From Azolla caroliniana (lineage: Eukaryota; Plantae; Polypodiophyta), in contig JBHGNT010000005.1 in NCBI GenBank assembly GCA_043228905.1, positions 4,278,001-4,342,000 on the forward strand: a stretch of DNA of 64,000 nucleotides, given 5' to 3'. The notes below the pieces were generated by a model, which was not told the origin of the DNA, searched no databases, and saw nothing but the letters and a program-made list of their open reading frames with translations. The translations under genes and the position numbers were made by a program. Shown one piece after another: positions 38,701 to 51,700 of the stretch; positions within the stretch are counted from its first letter, which is position 1, and each line of letters begins with the position of its first letter.

Positions 38701-40375
38701 AATCTTTTAAGGAATATTACATGAGTGATTACACAGTATAAAGTACTTCTTCCTCTTGCATTCCTTTTTTAACATCATACTTGGGGAAGACATAAGGTTA
38801 AAGTCTTTTTCAATCCTCAACCTATCTTTGGTGCGTATAATTTTGAGTTTCTTTATTCATTAGGATGAAGCATCATCATCATCAATAATCATATGTTCAT
38901 TTTGAATCAAGGATTTTGTAAAACAGAATTCCCAGTTCACGTCATTATCATTGCTTTAAACTTTTCAAATAATCTTTGACATGCCATCTTGCAAAGCATT
39001 TACAGGAATCTACAACCAAGGTAGATGAAAGGAATTTGCTCATGTGGTTTTTCTGTAGTAATCATCCAATTTTTCATGCAGCCTTCGGGAGACAATTTTC
39101 GAGGCATAGCTCTTACTTTCAATATGTACTTGTAAACTTTTCAGAGGAAAAAATTTCTATTTCCTTTCTTCTAGTTTCTAGAAGAGAGATTCTGCTCTTA
39201 AGGATGGCAGCATAGAAATCTCGTTTGTACATCCGAAATTTCATTCCATGAGCTTGCTGACTACCTCTACAAACCTCAGTCCATATAGTAGATTTTGTGC
39301 CACATCATACATGCATCCATAACTTCACTCTAATTCCTGCCTTTGGGTTGTGTCCAAGTGGCACATGTTCTCAAGAAGTGACCCAAAAAACTCAAACTAG
39401 ACGGGTTTCCAACTAAGCAATTGTTTCTTTTGGCCCTGCTTTTTCCAGCAGAATTTGATTAAGGAAGACAAGATATGAGATTCAAAGACAGGATTGTGAT
39501 TGTGATCGTTTCATATCAAAGAAACATAGGATAAAAATTTACTGTTGGATTGAATCATTAAAAAAAAAAGAGCATTGAACCAAAATCATGATAGAGATAA
39601 AATAATATCAGGTTAGAGAGCTTAAAATTCACGATTGTATGCCTCTGATGCCTATATTGATAAGAGTTATCTAAACAATTTTTTCGCAAATACTGTTTAC
39701 TCTGTATGCAAGTTCTTTGTCATAAATGTCCTATTTTTCGGCATTGTGCCTCAGGATAGCTCAAGCACTTTACAAAACTTTATGAATGAGCATTTCTAAA
39801 TTTTTGTAATGACCAATGTAGTTCAGCACATAGTAACACAAAAAAAAACAACTGACTGAAGCAAAAGAAAGAAAGGCGAGAAAATACTTCTATTTTAAAA
39901 ACTTTATAGATTATAAATTTTGACTAGATTAAATCATAAATGTAAATAAAAGTAGCAAAACAATGACTAAGGAAGAGCACACTAGAGAAACTAGAACAAA
40001 AAAATTAATCACAAATTGAAACAAATTCTAACATTAAGAGAGCTATGCTAAACAACGTTTTTCTTTTTTACTACGTAGTCAAATTTCTTTTTAAATTATT
40101 TACAGATTTCCATAGGTTTCACAGAAACACCAAAGCAAACATGCAATAAATGAATAAATACCAGCGAAAAAGAGAAGCATGGAAAAAACATAGGAGGACC
40201 AAAAGCCACATACCAGTCTTTTATCAGACGGAGATGAAGAAGGGTATAGATCAAGGACCAAATGAGACAGAGAAATGACAGAGCTCTCAAAAGATTGCTT
40301 CTTGCCCATCTGTTTCTGTAAATCAGACAGAGTCTCCATAGAAAAGGAGAAACCTGTCTTCTGATTCTCTGCCAT
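35706..40375 (-). CDS. AIP2: RING-H2 E3 ubiquitin ligase, AIP2 (ABI3-interacting protein 2)-like, 5 exons, ~330 aa
   Basis: Exons 40375-40214, 38100-37884, 37251-36998, 36145-35936 and 35855-35706. All introns are GT-AG and the total of 993 nt is in frame. Motifs LQKQMGKKQSFE, VCRAGTLLKTRYTGIGFW, GFLFEGQLTVDPEPPRPTW, PPASKEEVAKL, RING-H2 [35 protein letters not shown] and C-terminus RKGAENALPGGEFMYI. Alternative in-frame ATGs at 40417, 40387 and 40339. Confidence 0.93.
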
Positions 40376-40432
40376 AGACTTGTCCATCACGTCTTTTCCT
40401 TCTCGTTTCGCAAACATCTCTCTGTGTGTCCG

Positions 40433-40433
<1 letters not shown>

Positions 40434-40488
<55 letters not shown>

Positions 40489-40623
40489 TGTGTTCTCTGT
40501 GTATTTGATTGATAATATAACTTGCTCCTCACACTTCAAGTAAACAAAGAGAAGAATGAGAAGATGAAGAAGGATTTGATTTACCCTGAATTAAAGGAAG
40601 GCTTCTCTTAAGAATCAAAAACG

Positions 40624-40663
<40 letters not shown>
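40434..40663. repeat. Two (GT)n microsatellites upstream of AIP2
   Basis: Runs at 40434-40487 and 40625-40663. Confidence 0.9.
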
Positions 40664-40668
<5 letters not shown>

Positions 40669-42726
40669 AGTGATTGTGTTCTTCTTACCCGACACTCTTG
40701 ACTTCCCCACCTATTGTCGTGGTCGCCCCAGAGGAGCCTAAGTAATAGAACCACAAAAATGCCATATGAATGGAGTGACTACCGATGTGCCCGCATGTGT
40801 GAGGATATTTGCAAGGTTCGAAGATCATGTTATTCATAGTAATGCCTAGCAGTACAATAAGTGATGTACCAAGATCATGTTGATGCAACCAAGAAACAAA
40901 CCATACTAATGTAAAACGTACCGACTATATATAAGATAGGTCCATGCTCGGTGTTTGAAGTGAAATAAAGCTAGTAAATTTCAAGTTGCTAGACTTAGAA
41001 AACCATATATGTCCTAAAGGTTATGTAATGTGTGGTGCCATGGTGGAAAACCGAACATTCTAACTCTTATGTCTCAATACCCTATCCATATTAGTCACCA
41101 TCAATAGCACTAGCAAGTACCCATCTTCACCTTCACTACTATTAAGTCCTCTTGAGTATAGTAGGGTCTAAGTTTATTAATGTCCTGCCTTCATTTGTTG
41201 GGTATTGGGCTCAAATCAATCCAATAATTATCCCTTTATCATAATGTCTATAATTATGCATGTTTTTGTATTTTGGTCTTGTCGAATTGCTTTGTTACCT
41301 TGATTATATCAGGCTTGGCTAAGTTTATGAATTAAGTTAATAATAGTACTTTCAATCATCTTCCTTCAGTACTTGGCCTCTTTTTCACATTGCCCCAATA
41401 AAGACAATCTATTTCTTTTCTTTTGAAAGTTTATGCATTAGCAATTTGACCTTTTTAACATATTGTATTAATGGTTGTGTTTATAAATTATTAACCAGTG
41501 ACAAAGCTTGAGGACTTTCAATATGCATCAAATTAATATCATTCATATGCCTTCCCAATGTTGATTCTTATTTGATACCTTGGTCGTTCGCATTGTAAGT
41601 GGAAATTATAATTTGAATTATGGTGCTCATTAACAATTTGTGGTTTTCCAATTATTGATGGTTTTTTGTTTTCAATAGGTCCAAGGTGGAAGCCCAAAAG
41701 TATTGACTCTTCGCCATTAATGTAAGGATCCCCAAACTAATAAATGAAAGGTTATTTGTTTCCACCTCCAAACAAGGGTAGGGAAAGAAAAGAAAAGCAA
41801 GTGTAAGAAATAGAAGTTAATTAAATGTAAGTCTAGCTTCAATTATCATCCATATGAACCTTCATATATGGATAATTCATTTACATCAATGTAAATTTTG
41901 CCAATTCGAAATCCTAAACTTAGATGTAGTAACCAATGTATTTCTAAAACCTCCACAGAACATCACAAGCCTCTTATTGCAAGAGTGTCTCAAGTGTCAT
42001 TGAATAATGAAACAGAATTGTTTATTTACAAAACAAATTCCACAACAGAGACAAACATAAAGAGCTTAAAGATAAGAAGGAACTCGTCTACAAAGGAAAA
42101 TCTGAAATTAAACCAAGGGATACAGAAGGTTCATTGAGGGTATTCTCCAGTCTTGACCAATGTTTCCTTATAAGCAGCAAAACTGATATCCAAGATGTTC
42201 AGGTTTCCTGTTTAATAACAAGACAAGCAAAATTGCTCCATACATTATGAAACTGCCACTAAAGCTCATACACCACGAGGCCCCCTCCAAAAACATATTG
42301 TTGACATTTCAAAAATTTCTTCCACAAGAAAATCCTCTTTATGGTCTAATAATCCTCTCTTTATGGTGAAGATCTAGCACATTGCTACTTACCTAGTTCA
42401 GTGACTTCTCTTCTAGCCTCAATAATAACTGGTGATAAAACCCATCAACAATATATTCATTGATGAATCCAAGAATACAATTGCAATTCAATTTAAATTC
42501 ATCAACAATATATTTGCATCCACTGACCTTCTCCTTAGCCAATCAACTCATAATGTGTGACACCGCAGCCACAAAAAACTTTATTGACATTTCCAAACAA
42601 CATAACATTTAATTCACACCATTCAGCTCAAAGTAACAGCCATTTTGACAATCACTTTCTTGTTCTTTTAGAAGCATTGCAAAATAACATGCCTTTTGAA
42701 TTGTTCTATACATACATACATATATA

Positions 42727-45700
42727 TTATATAATGTTGTATATTCTAAGACAAGATAATAAAAGAAAGGCAACCCACAAAAGAAGAATGAAGCCACAAG
42801 AAGCCCATGCCCAATTCCGAGGTCCACCAAGTTCACCACCTATGAAATACCTTCTTGCAACCAATACAGCTATGCATAAAAGAGATGTGATAAAATAAAC
42901 CGACAAAATGAAACCCAACTGCAACGAAGGAACGCGGAGAACATCATTCATCACAACTTTGTTGTATGTACTACTGATGAGCCATGGCAGTCCTATTCCA
43001 ATGAAAATATTGACTGAATTGCTGCATTATGTGTTCCAACAATAAAGAAAGGTTATGCATAGGCCAACTTTAAGAAAGAAAAAGTTACTCTTAAGTTTTG
43101 GTTTATTTCCCATTTTAGAATAGTAAAATTTGCTTCTACTGGAGTTGGGGAATTGACTGGGCTTTTCCATGTGTTGAATTCAATTCCCTTGATTGGGAAT
43201 ATGTTCCACCACTAAGATAAAGTAAAGGACAAAACACCAAATCTAGTTTTTCCAATATTTACCAGAATACCCATCTATAGCAGTAAACTTTGTGCTACAT
43301 ACAGTATTCTGGTAATATTTTAAACTTAAGGACATTTTAGCATTTCAATGTTTCAGTGTTTCTACCCCAATTCATCCACAAATTAGGGTATTTCACTGTT
43401 GTGGTGTTTTGGTATTTGGTATTTTGGTGATTCTAACATAAAGTATCCAAAATGTCAAGGGTATTTTGGTGTTTCTTGCTCAAATAGAAAAATATGGTAA
43501 AGCTAAAATAATCATGAACCTGCAAGTAATGTTTGCAATAGCAGAGTCAGCAGTAGATTGGCGATAAGCTGCAATCATACTTGCAGCAAGATCAGGCCAT
43601 GAAGTTCCCGTTGCCAACACAGTTAGAGCTATCACATAGGCACTGATCCCTATAACAGAGAACTATAAGAATTGATTCTTAAGTATAAGATTATACATCA
43701 TCATTATAACATTTACCTGTCACACATCCAATCATATTAGTGAGTTGTGTCACCACATAACTGATGCCAGTTATGAAGACTAACGAGCACAGAAATGTGG
43801 CCCAACCATGACACAAACTGGCAGGGGGAATAAATGCGAAGAGTAATACCCATGGAAATGCCAATATGTCATACATGAATTTTAGACCATGTGACATTTT
43901 CTGGTTTTTAGTTATCCTTCCATTTAGCTGTAACAAAAAGAATCTCTCTCTCTCTCTCTCTCTCTCTCGGTGAAAACACACAATTATGTTAACAAATGTG
44001 TGTAAAAAACACTACTTACAATGGGTGTGACAATGGAGTATGATCACCCACTAACTACACTACATGGGTTATGGAACATGTTGAATTGCCAATAGGCAAG
44101 TCGAACACTCCACCGAGGAAAGAATTTCCACTTGCTCCAATAAAGAAAATTGTTACATTAGTACTCCCTTCAACTTTCATAGATATGCTTTCACTCCATG
44201 TCTACCATCGAATACAAAAGCGTTGCGTATTCCAATTATGACGCAATCCCCAATATCTCAGAAATAGAAAAACGATCTCCATCTCTGATTTTGGGTCAAC
44301 CTGTGTAAATTGTGCAAACACCCACTGTCTAGGTGTCAAATAACATCGTGATAAGACTTGCCAAATTTGAGAAATATAACTCCAAATCTAACAAGTAATC
44401 GGACATTGTATAAATTGATGAGTACTATCTTCCATTTGAACAGTGCAAACAAACCAATTACCCGTTGCTAGTCCACGACGCTTTAGAGCTAATCCCAAAG
44501 CCAATCCTCCAATCAAAACTCTCCAAATAAAGAGCTTTGCTACAAGTGGAAATTTAGAATGCCAACTACGTTGTAAGATCTGCCACCACCCATGATCAGA
44601 TTTGCGTATTCTCCATTCTTCTTCAGCCTTAGATGATAACCATCCAAGAGACTCAACAGAGCAATGATACAAAAAATTGGTAGTCACTTGTAACAACAAC
44701 GTTTGACCCTTTAAACACCAATCAATCCACAGTTGTTCGCTTGTTTGTAGAGGTAAGGGACCTTGTATCAATGGAATATTTTGTAGTTGTTGCCAAATAA
44801 ACCCATAATTAGGCGGAATGCGTAATAATCCTCTCAATACTAGGACCTTCGAGTTAACCTGGTTCTTCCCTACCAACTTAGTTACCTGACGTTGTTATTG
44901 TCGCGCTTCAACAAACTCCAAAATTCTTTGAGATGTAGCCTCAACTATATCTCCCACCTCTTTGACCCCCAAACGAAACAAACGATTAAATTGAGAGCGC
45001 AATCTCTCTTTTCCTGGCCAACATAATAACTGAGAAGACACAAGCAACTCTTTTTGCAAAGAACTACAATGCTCTCTACTAGATGATGGTTTCCATACAC
45101 ATAACAAGAGTGCTTCTTGCCATGAGGTAACCACGTGTTGAACACATGTAGAGCCCGGAATCCTAAGTGAAATACATATATTCAGTAATTGCCACCATTA
45201 AGCCTTAATCGTTGTCCTCCCATGTGTTAAACCCTTGTTCTCAATGAAATATTGAACAATAGATATCCATTTTGTGAGTTTGAACACATGTCTTGTAATA
45301 ATGAAAATCTACGAGCCATCATATGCTTAGATAAGTTCAATATTCCAGTTCCACCAAGCGCTTAGGGGTTGCTACATGATTCCACGCAACCCAAGTGATT
45401 CCCATCTTATCCCTCTTCTTCCACAACAAATATCGAAGAGGTTGCAAAATAGAATGCAAAGCCTTCTTTGTCAATAGCAACAATGGCAATTAATATAATA
45501 TCATGGGTTCCATAATACATTGTACAACCTTCAAGCGTACATGAAATGGCCAAGATTGTGACTTCCAATACATGAACTTATCCCTCAACTTACTAGACAT
45601 CCATTCAATCAATTGACCATTTGTAACATTCATTCCTAATGGATAGCCCAAGTGTCGAAAAATAGAGCCTTTCTTCACTACGAATCCTTGCCATCCTAAA

Positions 45701-48700
45701 TATTCCAAATCCCTTTCAGTACATGATATGAGACTAAACTTCCTCCAATTAATATGTAACCCAAAAGCCAATGCAAATTTGTTCCATACAAACATCCCCT
45801 TCTCAATATTTTCTCGTGAAGCTTGTAGAAACATAAAAGAATCATCAACCAAAGCTCCCCTCCAAACGAAAGGTGTAGACCCACAATGTCACCATTTGTT
45901 GCAAGCCTTGATAACATCAGTAAGACGGGATGAGTAACAATAGCAAACAACAATGAGCTAAGAGGGCATCCTTGACGAACGGATCTTGTGAGGGAAATAT
46001 CTGATGTAACTCCCCCATTAAGCATTACTCAAGACACCACATCTTGTGCTACTAGCTGCCCTCCAGACAAAAGGTGTAGACCCACAATGTCACCATTTGT
46101 TGCAAGCCTTGATAACATCAGTAAGAAGAGATGAGTAACAATAGCAAACAAAAATGAGCTAAGAGGGCATCCTTGACGAACGGATCTTGTGAGGGAAATA
46201 TCTGATGTAACTCCCCCATTAAGCATTACTCAAGACACCACACTTGTCCTAATAAAAATATGAGAGACATACGAGGTCCAAAGCCCATTGTATGCATTAA
46301 CCCAAAAACAAAGGACCAATTAACATCATCATAAGCATTGCACTATAATCAATTCTTGATGAGTGTTTCAAAACATTATGCAATATATTCCTACCTGCAA
46401 TAAAACCATATTGGGCGGGATGTATCAACTTTGGCAAATACTTTTGTAATCTATTTGCCAAGACCTTTGTAAATATCTTATACAACCCCCCCATCAAAGA
46501 AAATAGGTCTCCATTGATGAAATAACTCAAGAGACGCCACCTTTGGAACTAATTTAATTAGACCAACCTTCCAAGCTCGAGGCATATGACCAAAATCCCA
46601 CGAATGTTGAAACATCAAAGTTAAGGCCCCCTTTAAAATGTTCGAATATCGCTGAAAAACTTCATTTGTCAAGCCATCCCAACCAGGGCTCTTACCACTA
46701 GGAAGATGCCTTAAAGCTATGTTCACCTCATCCTCGGTGAAATCCGCATCCAATTCATGACTAATGAGGTCATGCACATAAAACCACATTATAAAACTCA
46801 TGATGTGCTCTACTCACCTTATTTTTCATTAACAATTGTGGGCCAATCAACTCCTTAAAGTAATGAACACATATATCAATTATTGTAACAGTTCCAATAA
46901 CCACGAACTAAGTTGTGGTTATTTGATACACTTGTCACACCAACTCTTCTCTATTGAGTAGAAACATGGGGACCGAGTCTTAACAAGGCGAATCATTGGA
47001 AAGATTTAGAGAGACCACGAGGTTCAATGCTTGCTCACATGATAAGGAGTGAAGCATCGATGCCGCATGATATAATCCGGGCAGAGATGGGTGCAGCACC
47101 TATAATCACCGAGGCATTGTTCCGATCATTGAAATGTATCCACCATCTTTGGGAACTCCCGAAACGAAGGTACCCAAGGTTGGCACTTGTCATCAAGACA
47201 ATTGGCCAAAAATGGAGACATTCATTGTTGGTATGATCAAATGTAGCAATGGTTTGAGTCACGTGGCATGAGTATAAATGCACTACCCCCATTCCAATAT
47301 ACCTTGGACTCTCCCCATCTAAAATATGACCAAAGTGGAAAAGAATAGAGTGATCCGAACTGATATTATTAACTTGGATAACAAGATAACATGGATCAGC
47401 TCCAAGATTTCATTTGGTACGAAGATGGCCCATTACAAGACACACTTCTTACACACATCAGAGGATGGATTCATCATCAGGCCACCTTATATGGACATAC
47501 ATCTAAGAACTTCATCACATCAGTTAAAGATTGAGATAGGACGATATACACGTATACCTGTAGAAGAAAGAATTTGCCAATTGTGTCATCAAGGAGTGGA
47601 ATCTGAACAACACTATGTTTGTCACTGTAGTGTCTTTTATGAAATAAGAGGGAGATACCATTGCCTCTTTAAACAAGGCTTTGGCCCACTACACAAGGTA
47701 ATGGAATATGAGGACCAACGGTGCCTACGACTTTTCTTGCTCGAACTCAAGAAATATAGGGAAAAGTTGTTGAAGGACAATAATACAGCCACACAAGATC
47801 ATCCACAAAGGACAATCACAACTTTCTTTAGACCCATCACTCCTACTAATGCTACGAGTCAATCAAGGGATACACAAATGGGCTCCTCCCGACCAGGACA
47901 TAACAAAGGGGTTACAATAGATCGGGCAATGGCAAATTGTCGTGCACGTAGGCCCCGGCTCCATGGACCACTTCCGTAGCACCCTTGTCATCGATAGATA
48001 AAGGCCATTATCTCCAGCCATCGCAGGTGTTTCCCTCGCTTAAGAGACCTCTCCATTCTGTATCGACCTATGCTAGAGATCTTTCGAAGACAAAAGTTAC
48101 AATATATCTAACTTGAGAATCTCACATCTGTCGAAAACCAAATTCCCTCATCTGTTTTCATATTATTTACTTTTATATTTTTTGAGTAATACTTATTTTA
48201 TTTTGATTTGTTGTTCTCAAAGACGAGACAACACTTACAATGTAATCCCATGTTTGGTCTTATAAGCCATTTTGACCTCTTAAAAGACGTTAATATCTCT
48301 CTCTCTCTCTCTCCCCCCCCCCTCTCTTCCACACCCCCCCCTCTCTCTATCTCTCTACGTAAATCGTATTACCTTTGGAGAACCGATGCAACCAAAGTGA
48401 TACTTGTGGATGGAAAGTAAAACTATTGTTGTTCAATGCCATGGTAACTCAAGTATGAGGTGGCACCATCTCTCTTAATCCATGGAATGAGATTGAGATA
48501 TTCAAAAGACATTTTTAAGGAGGCTATTAGGAGTTAAATGACTACCTCTTACCAGGTTATGCTCTTGGAAATAGGTGTTCTGCCCATAGAGATATTGGCA
48601 CTCCAAAGAGTATATAGATACATTACAAAAGTCAAGAATATGCCACATCATCGATTACCACATCTTGCTTCGAATATTGGATATAAGCTACAAAAGAATC

Positions 48701-51700
48701 ATAAAAAGTAAAATTCTCTCATCCGGTTGGGTTGTTGACGTAAGAAAATGGCTCAAAAGATGGAGTGTGGATCTTCTAGAGCTTTCGGGCAATGTTATGC
48801 ATTATGTAATGATTGAGGAAAGGTTGGTGGAATCATTCTAAAGGACAAAGCTAGAATAATACATTGCAAATGTCAACCTTGAATGTTGTTCTCAATATAA
48901 GACAAGAATGCCTATTGATCGTATCTAACCTTATCTCATTAACAATATGAGTAGTAATGCTCGTAGAGCCCTCACACTACTCTATCTCTCTCTCTCGCTG
49001 GTCCCATAGGTCAAAACTGGCCTCTTTGTTATGAGCAGAAATTGGAGGACTCAACTTCCAATCTACATCATTTATTTACATTTTCACTCCAACAGTCCCT
49101 TTGCATTTGTTGTCTCTCATGATATTGGGGGACATTGTTATGCCCTATATTTGGCTTTTCTCCATGGAACCTAAAGCCATTTGCCATGGTCTGCCTGTAC
49201 AGTGTCTATAGACCTCTTTGGATTTAACATTGGGTTCTATGGATACTCTGAACTATCTGTTATCAGCAGAAATTTGAACAATCAACTTCCAATTTACATC
49301 ATTTATTTAGGTTTTCCCTCCCACAGTTCCGTTCCATTTGTTGTCTCTCATGACATTGGTAGACATCGTTATGCCCTATATTTTGAACTTCTAATCAGAC
49401 ATGCAAATATTCTTTGTTAGTTTTCATCTTATTCTTAAGGTTTCGCAGTAGTATGAAGCATTGCTAAAAAGTGTGAATATGTTTCAATATGCATTCATGT
49501 GGTACATGCCAATCAAGATTGGTCTGAATAAGACAACAAACTGGGCAAAGATAGGGTTATGAAATTTGTATATGTATTACCCCATAAACCAAACAGGATA
49601 ATTTCCATATATTATATATGACATGGAAAACTTAGGAACGCTTCCAAATGGTTCTGAACATTTGGATCCATTCGAAATAGCATTTGGATGCAGCCTTATC
49701 TTGTAATTGGTCCTTGTACTTGGTTGTCCACATTAGAAAATTTTAATCACCAATATACATCCAATCTTAATCATAAATATACAAAATTTATGAAATCACC
49801 ATGTACAATGGCATATATTGGGAAACGAAATGATCAGCTAATGGTATTTACTTACAGTGAGAGCATTATAAAATTGCTGCTTCCACAGAAATCTTGTATA
49901 CGTCCAACCATGCACATCCTCGACATTAGTGGCTTCAGTGATTTTATCGACTAAAAGAGAAAATGCATTGTCACCTTGTAAAGATTTTTTATCTGTGATT
50001 TCTGCATAATGTCAAAAGTCATTTATAATATATCTAATTTGTAATGAAGGTCACAGAATTTGCCTTAAGAACAACAAATTGGATCTTTACATAAAAGCAC
50101 TCGCTTACCTTCATGGATGGATACATCATAAGAGCATCCAGTAGGTATAAGAGTAGGTTCTTCAATACCAGAAGGATCCCTTGAATTATCTTCACTGGGT
50201 GGATTAAGAAATTCACTACCTTGTCCAGCATCAGAAGAAATCCAGCTCTCACGCTTCTTTTGATCCAATCTAATTTTGCCAAACATTAGATCAGTTGATA
50301 GTATCCCTTTATTGCAAATTAACATTCACATTCGGACCTGATTGTACTGTCTAGAAGTCCAGTTCAAGATTCCAGATTCACTAGAAATACAGAATTGTTT
50401 GCCTATTTAGTAAGTTTCTACATTAAATATTAGCATTCATGTGCAATTTCCAAATAATTCTGGCATTCTTTACAAATGCCTACAATAATTATGATGACAT
50501 ATAGAGGTACATAAAGGTATACAGTTGTCTAGAAGCCTCTGCATGAATTTCATCATTTCAAGGTATAAAATAAACAAAAAGCTAAATTTGGAGTTCTCCT
50601 ATGCATAAGAAAAATTGGAATTTCCTAACATTATTGTTGCCAATGTCTAATGAAAATCATAAATAAGAACATAAATAAACATGACGGGAAGAGCGAATGC
50701 CAATATAATGTGTTTATTGACAGCACAACAATGGATTACGAAATAAACACGTTATATTATAATGTGTTTATTGACAGCACAACAATGGCTTATGCCATAA
50801 ACACATTATATCTGTCCTGAGATAAACAATACAATTCCATATTGTCATGTGTAAGGTCTCATAGGCCCTACACTGTCACACAGCTCTCTTCTATGGAATA
50901 ATAACCTTGCCATCTCTACAAACAGTCCCTTTTCCTTTCTTAGTTGTATGAAACACTTGCGGTATGTTATCTTTGCAATGTGCTACGTGAATTGGTGTGA
51001 GATCTTCATCTAGATAAATTACGTCACCTTGAGTGCCACTTCATTTGATAGCAAAGCTTTTTCCTTTTCCATATCCATGAAAAATATTAAATGCCTTAGT
51101 GTGCTACATGAGTTGGTGTGAGATCTTCATGTAGATATATTATGTCACCTTGGAGTACCATTTCTTTTAATAGCAAACCTTTTTCCTTTTCCATATCCGT
51201 GAAAAATATTAAATGCCATTCAATCCAAGGTGATATCCAATGCAAGGATTTTGGAGCACAATGTAGCACTCCATTCACTAGCTCAAAAGCATATAAATGT
51301 GGGCTCTATATTCTTTATTGTTAAATATTTTATATTTTACCAAACTATTGTGGGAGTGTTCTTATTGCAGCAAGAGATTCCTTTGTAATCATAAAGTCAA
51401 CTTGTTATAGCTAGCAATAGAAACCATAATAAACATGAGACTGAAAGATGATTTAGATGTTCCAAAAACCAACAAATACCCTTACATTGAGATGGATATA
51501 AAAGGCCAGCCTTTGTCTTGAGCATAAGCATGTAATACCAGCAGGAAGAATTGCATGACAGTCAATCCTGCTTCCCAAATGGTTATTACTTCAGGTGTCC
51601 AAACCTTCATGAAAACATACATATTAAAATTAATATTTTAATTTGTGTTGTTTTGCTCGTCATCAAAGCCAAACTCAAATCCATATAAAATTAAGGAGAT

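Noticed and set aside
47326-47979. Independent nested host gene (217 aa) in the MHX intron
   Set aside because: It is continuous with upstream frameshifted RT-thumb sequence and is therefore the C-terminus of a LINE ORF2.
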